From assembly GCA_964016885.1 (NCBI GenBank), contig CAXHJY010000518.1, forward strand, positions 101,211 through 165,210: a DNA stretch of 64,000 nucleotides, in the 5' to 3' direction. The position numbers and the translations under genes are program-made. The notes under the pieces are model-generated. The model saw only the letters and a program-made list of their open reading frames with translations, was not told the origin of the DNA and did no database searches. Positions 40,720 through 52,107 of this stretch are shown here, in pieces. The DNA comes from Eledone cirrhosa (Eukaryota). Each line of letters starts with the position of its first letter. The stretch's first letter is position 1.

Positions 40720-40975
40720 ATAACTTTGAATAACTTTGAAATGTTTTGGCCAGTATTGGCCCAGGCCATGTCTAACTTAATAGCACCACCTGGCGAAGTC
40801 TTTCAATTCAGGATTTGGGCACCATGGCCCATTCGAGAAGAGAATTACTGTTTGCGGAGACATATCCGGGTGTGGGTGGTTTGTCCGGGATTACTTGGAG
40901 GAATTTGTCCAAAGACTTCTTGAATTTTGTGTGGTCAGTTTCTGTTTTGACGTGTCCTGGTGTGATGTTGAAGAG

Positions 40976-40976
<1 letters not shown>
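40720..40976 (-). mobile_element. 3' end of the CR1/L2-group family seen at 36556, with its native terminus
   Basis: 40825-40976 matches 36570-36721. It continues into catggcc-tgggcc/tggcc-aaaac and a (ttcaaagtta)2 tail. Confidence 0.8.
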
Positions 40977-41054
<78 letters not shown>

Positions 41055-41104
41055 TGTGTATATATATATATGTATATATATATGTATATATATATATATA
41101 AGTG

Positions 41105-41169
<65 letters not shown>

Positions 41170-41330
41170 GTGTATATATATATGTGTATATATATATATG
41201 TATATATATATATGTGTATATATATATGTGTATATATATATATGTATATATATATATGTGTATATATATATATGTATATATGTATATATATATGTATATG
41301 TATATATGTATATATATATATGTATATATG

Positions 41331-41377
<47 letters not shown>

Positions 41378-41380
41378 GTA

Positions 41381-41419
<39 letters not shown>

Positions 41420-41428
41420 ATATATATA

Positions 41429-41477
<49 letters not shown>

Positions 41478-41518
41478 GTGTATATATATATATATGTGTA
41501 TATATATATATATATATA

Positions 41519-41550
<32 letters not shown>

Positions 41551-44500
41551 CATATAGAGGACAGGAGCACCTTATAAATCTCAGGAATACGATTTCGGAC
41601 CTTAATTCCTCTAAATATGTCTTAGTCCATTCTGACATAACTAATAATTTATATGGTGTATCTAAAGATAAGTATAATAACCTCATCCTTAAGGAACTAA
41701 GGAAGAATTATCGTAAAACTAACCATGAGAATCTGGAATCTATAAACTTGGAAGCTTCTGAGATTATCTAAACTTCGCATCGAGAAAAAGACCGAACCAT
41801 TCTTCCCAAGAACTCCGAGGATAAATCTTAAGGAACATAAAAGTAACTTTCGAACGGAACTGCCTGTTAGACTAATCACCCCCTCTAAATCCAATCTGGA
41901 GGTTGTTAACAAATACATCTTGGATAGAATTATCCCACATGTTCGTTCTAATTGCTCTATTTCTAACTTAAATTTATGGATTGGTACATCTGAAGTAATT
42001 GGCTGGTTCAATGACCTGAATAATAAAAACAAACAAAAATTTATTCAGTTTGACATTGCCAGTTACTATTCTTCTATTTCGCCTTCATTCCTCAATAACG
42101 CTCTATCTTTTGCATTTAAATATTCTGACATTACCGCAAGAAAAACTATCTTGGAATTCAACAATATTGGACTAGAGCTGATACTTCCAACAATTTTGAT
42201 ATCACAATGGGTGCGTCCGATTCATCGCAACTGACGGACTTAATTGGTATCTTTATTTTGAATCCTTTAAATCGGAAAATTCCTCAACTTCGCGGTGGAA
42301 TTTGTCGTGATGATGCCCTTTTTACTGTCTTAAACTGTAACTTAGTTAATCTTAATATTATTAAGAACAATATACTTGATCTATTTAAGCACCATAACCT
42401 TAAAATTGAATTTGATAACAACGTCAAACTAGCTAACTTCCTGGATATATCCCTTAATCTTGACACTGGCCTATATTACCCTTACCATAAAGACAATGAG
42501 AATCTAAATTATGTTAATTTTAAATCTAACCACCCCACTAACGTTAAAAATGCTATAGTCAGTAATATTGAAAAAAGAATCTCAAATCTATCCTCTAATA
42601 AAGTTATCTTCATCGCTAATGCCAATTACTATAATAATGCGCTTTTCAAAGCCGGTTATCCTGATAAAATTAAATACAGTACAGAAACCAATCATCGAAG
42701 GACTTATAGTAAAATAGTTAATTATGAACATTCCAATAACTTAAATAAAAGACCTAGATACAAAAATATGATTTGGTATAATGCTCCTTTTTCTCTATCT
42801 ATTACTAGTAATATTCCTAAACTATTCTTTAGGGCCTTAGATAAATGCTTCCCTCCCTCGCATATCTATAGTAAGATCTTTAACAAACATACAATCAAAT
42901 TCTCTTATTCCACCACTTCCAACATCTCTAACATTATCTCTAAACACTAAAATATTAAATAATAAATTATATCTATCCAACACTGAGCGTCATAATAATA
43001 GCAATAGTAAACCCGATGTCATTGTTAACTTTAGGCTAGATTCAGTAAATTTAAATACGTCAAACGTAACTTCGTTCAATGTTCATAACACCAATCTAAA
43101 TCAGGAAACTATAGTTCCTATCGTAAATAACTTCTCCAATCCAATTTCTTCTATAAATAATACTAAGTCACTTGTTAATAACTCTGTTAATTTCTCTAAT
43201 CGTAATTGTAATTGCCCTGTTAGAACTAAATGTCCTCTTAATAACCAATGTCTTGATAAAAACTTAGTGTATGAATGTAAGGTTATAACTGGTACTAATT
43301 CTTTTACCTATTTCGGTTCCACTTCCACTTCCTTTAAAGCAAGATTTTATAATCACAAATCGTCTTTTAAATACCAACTTAAAAGAACTAACACGGCACT
43401 CTCGGAACTCATATGGTCCTTAAAAGACAAAAATATTAACTATAACATCTCTTGGAGGAAGGTTTGCAACGCCTTTCCTTACAGGAATTCTTCCCTATCC
43501 AGAACATGTAATCGCTGCCTAGCCGAGAAATTTACCATTATATCTAATTTTAATTCTATAATAAATAGACATACGGATTTATTTTCACTCTGCTTGCATA
43601 AATCCCATAGAACTTTCCATAAAGTATACAGCTAATATCTCAATACCTAATTAGTTTAAAATCTTCTTTTCTCAAAGGCTTTTATATCTTTTACAAATAT
43701 ATCCATCTTTCTACCTTATTTCAGTATATTATATTATACAATTTACTCATTCTATGTCGTTAGAGGTCCCATATCTTTCTTCTTTTTATCCTTTTTCCTT
43801 TCTTCCTTTTTTCTTTTTTAATTTCTAATCTTTAATCTGTAACTTTTACTTCCCAATTACTTCTTAATTCATGTTATTACTCACTATAGCTTTTTCCATT
43901 TTTCCTTATATTATTGGCCATAGAAAGTATATTTTTTTTAATATATACCATTATATTAAATTAGAAAATTTTGTAAACATATATACTTTTTGACGTTAGA
44001 TTTTTTTCTTCCTTAAACTTTCTTCTCTCCTTCCGTGCTCATATTAAACCTATTATTTACTTGTACATATTACAATACATAAAAACAAACTTAAACCCTA
44101 ACTAATTCCTCTAAGTTCATAATTCATTCAATCTCTTCTTCTTTCACATTATATCCTTAATATCCTTAATATTTTTATTTTAATAATACATATGAATAAA
44201 TTCTTTTTTGCGCACATATTATTAAACCTTAAATAAATACTATTCTTAATTCCTTTTTCTGTAATCATAAACATCTTCATTCATAAACCTCATTAACTTT
44301 TAATTTCAAAATCTTTTAAAATTATCTATCATCTTCCAACGGTTTTTTAATTTCTCTCTATGAGACAGTTTTCTCAGTTGTAAAGGCTATTTCTCTCTCT
44401 CTATCACTCATTTCTCCTCCTCTCTCATCCTTCCTTCTTATACTCCTCCCCCGTCATTCTTTATTTTCTTTCTTCCTCTTCCTTACCTTTTCCTACTACC

Positions 44501-44620
44501 CCCCGACCCCACTCCTTTTTTTCGCCAATCTCATATATCCATCTTACTTTATTTTTCATATGTTGATTTAACACGTCACTGCTCGCAAGTGTTTTTTAAG
44601 CTTCATATCATGTCTCCCTA

Positions 44621-44687
44621 TTTTATCTGATGAGAACGCAAATATCATCCCATGATGATATTTGTTTTTGAAATGCACATAATAAAA
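44621..44687 (+). ncRNA. Type I hammerhead ribozyme
   Basis: ttttat-CTGATGA-gaacgcaaatatcatc-ccat-gatgatatttgttttt-GAAA-tgcacATA-ataaaa. Confidence 0.85.
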
Positions 44688-44808
44688 TAATTGGAACTCT
44701 TTTAACCATCTTTTGATCTTATATTATATATATATATATATGTAGGAGGTTGTTTAGACACTACCTTGCTCACAAGTGTCTTTTTTAAGCTTCATATCAT
44801 GTCTCCCT

Positions 44809-44877
44809 ATTTCATCTGATGAGAACGCAAATATCGTCCCTGGATGATATTTGTTTTTGAAATGCCCATAATAAAAT
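44809..44877 (+). ncRNA. Type I hammerhead ribozyme (tandem copy, 189 nt downstream)
   Basis: atttcat-CTGATGA-gaacgcaaatatcgtcc..ggatgatatttgttttt-GAAA-tgcccATA-ataaaat. Confidence 0.8.
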
Positions 44878-44917
44878 ACGTGGCACTTTTCTAACCATCT
44901 TTTAATTTCTTCTTATA

Positions 44918-45006
<89 letters not shown>

Positions 45007-45056
45007 ATATATATGTATATATATATGTGTATATATATGTATATATATATGTATAC

Positions 45057-45114
<58 letters not shown>

Positions 45115-45123
45115 GTATATATA

Positions 45124-45288
<165 letters not shown>

Positions 45289-45816
45289 GTATATATATAT
45301 ATTGTTATATTTGGGGAGGGTCATATTTGCGTAATATTGCCAGAATTAATAACAGAACACACTCACTGTTTGGTTGGTTTTCGCTTCTCGCTGTCTTTTA
45401 TATATATATATCTGCGATCTAACTTACTCGGTCCTCAATGTTGCCATTGACTGACCGGCGGTCAAAAATAATACAGATACAATATAGACAAACACATATA
45501 TATATAGTTTACATAAATCTTTCGTTGCACATCTGCAACATCGTCAGTGGTGTTATATTCATTGTTCCTCCTGTTGTGTTGTATGTCTACGCCATTTTTT
45601 TGTTCAGTCTGTCTATATATTTATTTATTTATTTGCTTGTTTGTTTATCTTATTTTATTTTGTCTTCTTTGCGCATGCGTTTGCGTGTGTGTATAGTGTT
45701 ATGTGTGATGTGTGACTAGTGTGTATAGTGTTGTCTGCTGGGTGACTAGTGTGTGTTTATGTGCTTGTGTATGTATTTATTTATCTTATTTTATTTAATT
45801 TAATTTACTTATTTAT

Positions 45817-48800
45817 TTATACTTCTCTTAGGTCAGTGTTGTTTGTTTGGGTGTTGTTGTTGTTCCACTCATTCTTTCTGTTTAGCTTTGGTCTTCTAAT
45901 TTCTATTTCACTGGCCTCTCTGATTTGCCTATCTGCTGGGTCATTCCTATGTTTAGATATTATTCTAATTTCTATGTTGTCTATGTTACCGTCATGGTGT
46001 TGTCTAGCATGTTCGTATAGTACTGACCCGTTTTTTCGTCCTTTTAGTTCCCCCCAGTGTTGGTCTATCCTTTCACCTATGCTACGAGCTGTCTCACCTA
46101 TGTATGTTGTTGTCGTGTTTCTGCAAGTACCCTCTGTACATCTTATGCTATAGACTACGTTTCTAGTTTTACAGTTTATCCGGGGGTTCACCTTACATAT
46201 GATACATTTCCTATTGGTACAGTGGGTTTTCTTAAAAGGGTAGGTTTTGCTGATCAGGGATTTTATGGTGGTTCCTGGCTTTTCTACCACCTTTATTTTT
46301 AAGTGGGTCTTTCTCAGGGCCTTTCTACACTGGTTAGCTAATTTCCCTCCAGGGGTGGCGTCCACAAACATGACACTCTGATATCTCTGGTTGTCGTACC
46401 ATGATGTGGCCTTCCCTATCTTATGTCTAGCCCTATCTAAGCTATTCCATGATTTGCTCCTGTATAGTGGGCAAATTCCTTTCATGTCCAGTTCTATGAG
46501 GGTCTTATACTTTTCCATGGCTCCTTCGTATACTCTGACTCTGTCTCTTTGGTTGTAGCCAGAGAACTGCATGCGGTTGATGAAGTGTTGGATGTGTCCT
46601 TCCATTTCTGTTGGGTCGCACATGCTGGACACATTCTTCATCACTCGTACCAAATCTGCGATCAGAATATTAAACTTAGCACTACTGGACATTGCTGAGT
46701 TTTTGAGTATCAGGTATTTGGAGGCCATGGGTTTAGCATAGTGTGAGTGGAGAATTTGGGCTCTCTCGTCTATAGTGTTAATCCAGAGTTCTGTGTCTAA
46801 TACAGGTAGTCTATTGTTAGGGTGTTTGGAAGGGAAGTCTATAGTTACAGTTATACTCTGGTGTATGGAATTAGCTATCTGCTGGATGCTTTCCATCGTG
46901 CTACGTTCTAAATCAAACTTGTTAGTGCTCTCTAGTGGGGGTGTTCTTATAACTATATTGATATCGTCTACATAACGAGAGTACATGATGAGGTCTATGG
47001 AGCTTTCATTAAGGAGATCTTTAAGTCTCCTTTCCCACCATACCATGAAAAGGTTGGCAACATCGCCAGCTATGCTGACGCCGATGGCTGCTCCCTCATT
47101 TTGGGTGTAGATTTTCTCATTGAACTTAAATATGTGGCCCTTTAGGGTAGTTTTGATACTAGCCCCTATTGCATGTGCGACCATTTTTCTTACCTGATCA
47201 GTGTTTTGGGGGGTCCGTATAGCTTTGGTCCACCCAATCCACCTTCCTATGGGAGTCTTTTTAGCCATTGAGGTTATGGTGGGGGGTCTACCTCTTATAG
47301 GTCTACTAGGGCAGAAACATCTAAGGTCATGGCTGTCTAGGTAGTCAGTGTCGTAGGTAAGTCTAAGTAGGAGGCCCAGTTCGTCTGTGTCGACGTCGCA
47401 GAACTCCACCTCACTCTCAATGATCATCTCCACACATCTTTTCACAGCAAAATCAATGTTAATGGATGGGTACAGTGACACCACATCCATGCTGCCTATT
47501 ATGCAGTTGGATAGGCTCCTGTTTTTGTTGCACTCACTGATTCTGCTGAGGAGGTCCTCTGTACTTTCACATACATCTGGGGACATCTTGATTATGGGGC
47601 GTATAACCATTGAGAGGAAGTAGGAGATCCTGTAGTTGCTAGCTATATTAGCTCCGCATACAGGTCTTGTTGGTGGTCCTATTGTCGGGTCGTCGACTGT
47701 CTTGTGGTCTTTGCGGAGCCCATACAAGGGTGGTATGCCATTGTTAGACGCCTGGAAGTTGTTGGCAGTGCGTCTGCTTGGCTTTAGGATGTCAGTCCAC
47801 ATCATCATGTGAGCGTTGAGGATTTTTTCTCTCCCATCGTGTGTTAGTTGTGCAACTTCGCTCGTGTTGGTGATGTGGGGTTGCATTGCCTCGATGTAGT
47901 TCGGCATGCTATCTATTGACATCCTACCAGACTTATCTGTGGGTAGACACACTACCTCACCATCCCTTGTGCGCTGCTTGAGGCTAACCAAGCCTTCTAC
48001 AGGTTTTATCCCAAGTTGTTGGGCCTCTGGTCTGCTCTGTCTCATAGTGTACCTGTCTACTACTTGTCTAATCTTATTTCTAGCTATGGTGAACTGTGCC
48101 TCCGTCTCGTCATCTATTTGTTGTGGTATGCAAACTCTTTTATTAAAGGGTAACCTCGTAGGATAGATATTACCCATCTTATATGTTTTGTCAGCTGGGT
48201 TGAAAAATAGTTTCTCTAAGGGGTTGTCGTTATTTCTATCGTCATAGTTGTGTGTGTTGCTATTATTGTTATCATGGTGGTTGTTGTTGTTTCTATCCTT
48301 AGCATTAATATTATTATTGTTATGATTGCTAGATGTATTGTTGTTTACTTCACCGTTATTGTTGTTGTTACTGCTATTTCTACCATTGTGGTTGTTACTA
48401 TTATTATGTTTCTTGTTTTTGTTGATGTTGCTACATGTACTATTTCCATTATTACCACTGTGGTTATTGTTGTTGTTGTTGTTCGTATTGTTACCGTTAT
48501 TACTACTGTGGTCACTGTTGCTGTGTCTGTGGTTAACGTTTCTATTATTATTATTATTGTGGTTGTTGTTGTTCTGTCTATCGCTAGTATTATTACCATT
48601 ATCACTATTTCTCACTTTCCTGCCATTGTTATGGTTATGGCTGTTATTTCTATACTCAGAGTTATTGTTTATATTACTACTACCGTTATTATTGTTGTTG
48701 TTGTTTACCTTTGCATTCCAACGTATTTTTGTGAAACACTTTTCCAGCTCCGTTTTGCATTCCATAGGATTAATCTTTTTGTAGATGGCAAATTTTGGTG

Positions 48801-49290
48801 GTAACTTTAGGATTTGTTGTTCTTGTTCACTGATTAAAGTGTTCCCATAGATATTTACTGTGTGGTCATTGGTAAATTCTTCCGGTAGTTTTACATCACT
48901 CATACGGATGTTGTCGATGTTATCTGGGTATTTTTGAGAATATTCGATTTTCCTTTCTTGTAGTTTTTTCTTATTCATCCATTCTAATTTCTTCTTGAAA
49001 TGCCTACAGCATTCGTTTTGAGCATATTTCGTTTCGCGTCGGATGACGCTCATGAAGTCATCTCTCTCGTTTGCTGTGATGAGATTTCGGATTTCCTTAC
49101 CGTTGATGCGTTTTTGTCTGTAGAGTGCGTTGACTTTTGTGTATGTTGTTCTTTTCATATTAACTGTTATTGTGTGTTTTAGCCGTTCAGCTTGTGTTTT
49201 GTTCAATAATAAATTATTTACTTGTTTTGATATGTTTGTTGTGTATGTTTTGGAGGAAACACAGTGTTTTAAGAAGCGGATAACTGTATA
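45817..49290 (-). CDS. PLE polyprotein: N-terminal region, Asn-rich linker, reverse transcriptase, GIY-YIG endonuclease (true start uncertain)
   Basis: Motifs PTDKSGR, LYGLRKDHK, PTRPV, SMDVVSLYPSI, GAAIGVSIA, YSRYVDDI, LPVLDT, CTNRKCIIC and VVYSIRC...YIGETARSIGERIDQH. The first ~30 aa of the listed ORF come from the inverted arm. Confidence 0.9.
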   Translation of the reverse strand, partial: YTVIRFLKHCVSSKTYTTNISKQVNNLLLNKTQAERLKHTITVNMKRTTYTKVNALYRQKRINGKEIRNLITANERDDFMSVIRRETKYAQNECCRHFKKKLEWMNKKKLQERKIEYSQKYPDNIDNIRMSDVKLPEEFTNDHTVNIYGNTLISEQEQQILKLPPKFAIYKKINPMECKTELEKCFTKIRWNAKVNNNNNNNGSSNINNNSEYRNNSHNHNNGRKVRNSDNGNNTSDRQNNNNHNNNNNRNVNHRHSNSDHSSNNGNNTNNNNNNNHSGNNGNSTCSNINKNKKHNNSNNHNGRNSSNNNNNGEVNNNTSSNHNNNNINAKDRNNNNHHDNNNSNTHNYDDRNNDNPLEKLFFNPADKTYKMGNIYPTRLPFNKRVCIPQQIDDETEAQFTIARNKIRQVVDRYTMRQSRPEAQQLGIKPVEGLVSLKQRTRDGEVVCLPTDKSGRMSIDSMPNYIEAMQPHITNTSEVAQLTHDGREKILNAHMMMWTDILKPSRRTANNFQASNNGIPPLYGLRKDHKTVDDPTIGPPTRPVCGANIASNYRISYFLSMVIRPIIKMSPDVCESTEDLLSRISECNKNRSLSNCIIGSMDVVSLYPSINIDFAVKRCVEMIIESEVEFCDVDTDELGLLLRLTYDTDYLDSHDLRCFCPSRPIRGRPPTITSMAKKTPIGRWIGWTKAIRTPQNTDQVRKMVAHAIGASIKTTLKGHIFKFNEKIYTQNEGAAIGVSIAGDVANLFMVWWERRLKDLLNESSIDLIMYSRYVDDINIVIRTPPLESTNKFDLERSTMESIQQIANSIHQSITVTIDFPSKHPNNRLPVLDTELWINTIDERAQILHSHYAKPMASKYLILKNSAMSSSAKFNILIADLVRVMKNVSSMCDPTEMEGHIQHFINRMQFSGYNQRDRVRVYEGAMEKYKTLIELDMKGICPLYRSKSWNSLDRARHKIGKATSWYDNQRYQSVMFVDATPGGKLANQCRKALRKTHLKIKVVEKPGTTIKSLISKTYPFKKTHCTNRKCIICKVNPRINCKTRNVVYSIRCTEGTCRNTTTTYIGETARSIGERIDQHWGELKGRKNGSVLYEHARQHHDGNIDNIEIRIISKHRNDPADRQIREASEIEIRRPKLNRKNEWNNNNTQTNNTDLREV

Positions 49291-49292
49291 TA

Positions 49293-50335
49293 AGAGTATA
49301 ACTGTAACTATAGACTTCCCTTCCAAACACCCTAACAATAGACTACCTGTATTAGACACAGAACTCTGGATTAACACTATAGACGAGAGAGCCCAAATTC
49401 TCCACTCACACTATGCTAAACCCATGGCCTCCAAATACCTGATACTCAAAAACTCAGCAATGTCCAGTAGTGCTAAGTTTAATATTCTGATCGCAGATTT
49501 GGTACGAGTGATGAAGAATGTGTCCAGCATGTGCGACCCAACAGAAATGGAAGGACACATCCAACACTTCATCAACCGCATGCAGTTCTCTGGCTACAAC
49601 CAAAGAGACAGAGTCAGAGTATACGAAGGAGCCATGGAAAAGTATAAGACCCTCATAGAACTGGACATGAAAGGAATTTGCCCACTATACAGGAGCAAAT
49701 CATGGAATAGCTTAGATAGGGCTAGACATAAGATAGGGAAGGCCACATCATGGTACGACAACCAGAGATATCAGAGTGTCATGTTTGTGGACGCCACCCC
49801 TGGAGGGAAATTAGCTAACCAGTGTAGAAAGGCCCTGAGAAAGACCCACTTAAAAATAAAGGTGGTAGAAAAGCCAGGAACCACCATAAAATCCCTGATC
49901 AGCAAAACCTACCCTTTTAAGAAAACCCACTGTACCAATAGGAAATGTATCATATGTAAGGTGAACCCCCGGATAAACTGTAAAACTAGAAACGTAGTCT
50001 ATAGCATAAGATGTACAGAGGGTACTTGCAGAAACACGACAACAACATACATAGGTGAGACAGCTCGTAGCATAGGTGAAAGGATAGACCAACACTGGGG
50101 GGAACTAAAAGGACGAAAAAACGGGTCAGTACTATACGAACATGCTAGACAACACCATGACGGTAACATAGACAACATAGAAATTAGAATAATATCTAAA
50201 CATAGGAATGACCCAGCAGATAGGCAAATCAGAGAGGCCAGTGAAATAGAAATTAGAAGACCAAAGCTAAACAGAAAGAATGAGTGGAACAACAACAACA
50301 CCCAAACAAACAACACTGACCTAAGAGAAGTATAA
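49293..50335 (+). pseudogene. Inverted duplicate of the PLE ORF 3' part (thumb + GIY-YIG)
   Basis: Translation is identical from SITVTIDFPSK to the stop. Confidence 0.9.
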
Positions 50336-50597
50336 ATAAATAAGTAAATTAAATTAAATAAAATAAGATAAATAAATACATACACAAGCACATAAACACA
50401 CACTAGTCACCCAGCAGACAACACTATACACACTAGTCACACATCACACATAACACTATACACACACGCAAACGCATGCGCAAAGAAGACAAAATAAAAT
50501 AAGATAAACAAACAAGCAAATAAATAAATAAATATATAGACAGACTGAACAAAAAAATGGCGTAGACATACAACACAACAGGAGGAACAATGAATAT

Positions 50598-50642
50598 AAC
50601 ACCACTGACGATGTTGCAGATGTGCAACGAAAGATTTATGTA
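50598..50642 (+). ncRNA. Hammerhead-like motif in the pLTR with weak helix I; mirror copy at 45510-45554 on the minus strand
   Basis: CTGACGA-t-gttgca-gatg-tgcaac-GAAA-gatTTA. It sits at the same position as the 12500 HHR, with compensatory helix II changes. Confidence 0.62.
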
Positions 50643-50907
50643 AACTATATATATATGTGTTTGTCTATATTGTATCTGTATTATTTTTGACCGCCGGTCA
50701 GTCAATGGCAACATTGAGGACCGAGTAAGTTAGATCGCAGATATATATATATAAAAGACAGCGAGAAGCGAAAACCAACCAAACAGTGAGTGTGTTCTGT
50801 TATTAATTCTGGCAATATTACGCAAATATGACCCTCCCCAAATATAACAATATCTGTTTCGACACACGATTTCATATAAAAAACCTCGCAAAACTAATTC
50901 ATCGCCG

Positions 50908-50974
<67 letters not shown>

Positions 50975-51339
50975 TAAACGTTTGTATATGTATGTATATA
51001 TAAACGTTTGTATATGTATATATATATAAATGTTTGTATATGTATAATAAAGCCAAAACAATGCAGGTATGGACATAGAATAAAGAATGCAAATGCAAAA
51101 GATATTGTTGACAATTAGTCTTTTACCTTAGATTTATTTAAATGTCCTTAATTTTCGAGATAATATCTCTTCTTCGGAGGGAAGTAAAGTGGTTAAACCA
51201 GTGTTCTAAATAGCTTGCCAAGTCATGCTGACAGGAAAAAGATATATGTATATATATATATATGCCATTGAACCACATGTATTATAAACAACTTGAATAT
51301 TTCTACAAGTACATTGTACCTGTTGAAGTATCCATCCAC

Positions 51340-51439
<100 letters not shown>

Positions 51440-51463
51440 ATATATATATATGTATATATATAT

Positions 51464-51701
51464 AAATGAGGTCGTGTAGGTGTCACGACCAAAAAACACA
51501 CAGTCCACGCTGTAATGTGGCCATGTAGGTAACACGGTAAAAACCTCCCAGTCCACACTGTAAACGTGGTTGGGCATCCAGCCATGGAAAACCCGCCAGA
51601 CAGTCCTGAGCAAGACAATCATTCTTGCCTCAAGTGGGACAATTCCCATCCAGACCCATGCTAGCATGGAAAATGGACGTTAAACGATGATGATGATGAT
51701 G
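51464..51701 (+). mobile_element. Isolated RTE 3' UTR/tail ending in (GAT)n
   Basis: Collinear with 55467-55721 and embedded in (TA)n. Confidence 0.83.
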
Positions 51702-51857
51702 ATATATATATGTATATATATATATAAATCCCATAATTCTTCTCTTATTACTGATATATGCTTGTTCAATTATGCCCAAAATTTGAGGATTTTATTTAAA
51801 CCTACTCGCTAACTACCCCATACCCCTCCCACCCGCCATCATTATTACTTGGACCAA

Positions 51858-52044
51858 AAAGGCGGTGGATTGGCAGTATCGGTAGAGGGTCGGACGCCAT
51901 GCTTTCGAGCATAGTTACGTCCCTTTACGATCTGAGTTCAAATCCTGCCGAGGCTGACTTTGCCTTTCATCCTTACGGGGTCGATAAAATAAAGTTCCAG
52001 TAATGCTCTGGGTAATTGCTGGCCTTGTGCCTAAAGTAGAAACA
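51858..52044 (+). mobile_element. tRNA-derived SINE (Nin/Deu-like central domain) with a 17-bp target-site duplication
   Basis: Box B gagttcaaatcc; body ctttgcctttcatccttacggggtcgataaaataaagttccagt (domain name from recall). attattacttggaccaa occurs at 51841-51857 and 52045-52061. Confidence 0.8.
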
Positions 52045-52107
52045 ATTATTACTTGGACCAATCATAATCTAGTGGCCTATGCTTTCACTTCTTAAGTTTA
52101 GACCAGA

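Larger units (their letters stand above)
41557..44910 (+). mobile_element. Decayed PLE: RT + GIY-YIG pseudogene (41557-43635), long 3' UTR and partial tandem pLTR
   Basis: Motifs FIQFDIASYYSSI, MGASDS, GICRDD (YRDD-like), NFLDISL, SNHP, WYNAPF, VYEC...YFGST..FKARFYNH and CNRCLAEK, with frameshifts and stops. 44580-44720 is repeated at 44768-44905. Confidence 0.88.
45298..50908 (-). mobile_element. Young PLE with an uninterrupted ORF and 1.56-kb inverted arms (45298-46859 / 49293-50853) plus a 55-nt tail
   Basis: ORFs 45817..49377- and 49130..50335+ share an identical C-terminal translation. Both ends abut (TA)n. Confidence 0.93.

Noticed and set aside
48250-48804. Hydrophobic Leu/Val/Ile-rich ORFs that look like membrane proteins
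   Set aside because: Antisense frames of the Asn-rich (AAC/AAT) segment of the PLE ORF.
49130-49377. Listed start codons of ORFs 45817..49377 and 49130..50335
   Set aside because: Both N-termini are read-through across the inversion junction at ~49292, not genuine starts.
51145-51185. Minus-strand HHR-like motif CCGAAGA..GAAA; similar weak motifs at 3100-3128, 59412-59472 and 61622-61660
   Set aside because: Core substitutions or deletions, or missing helices; cannot be supported as ribozymes by eye.
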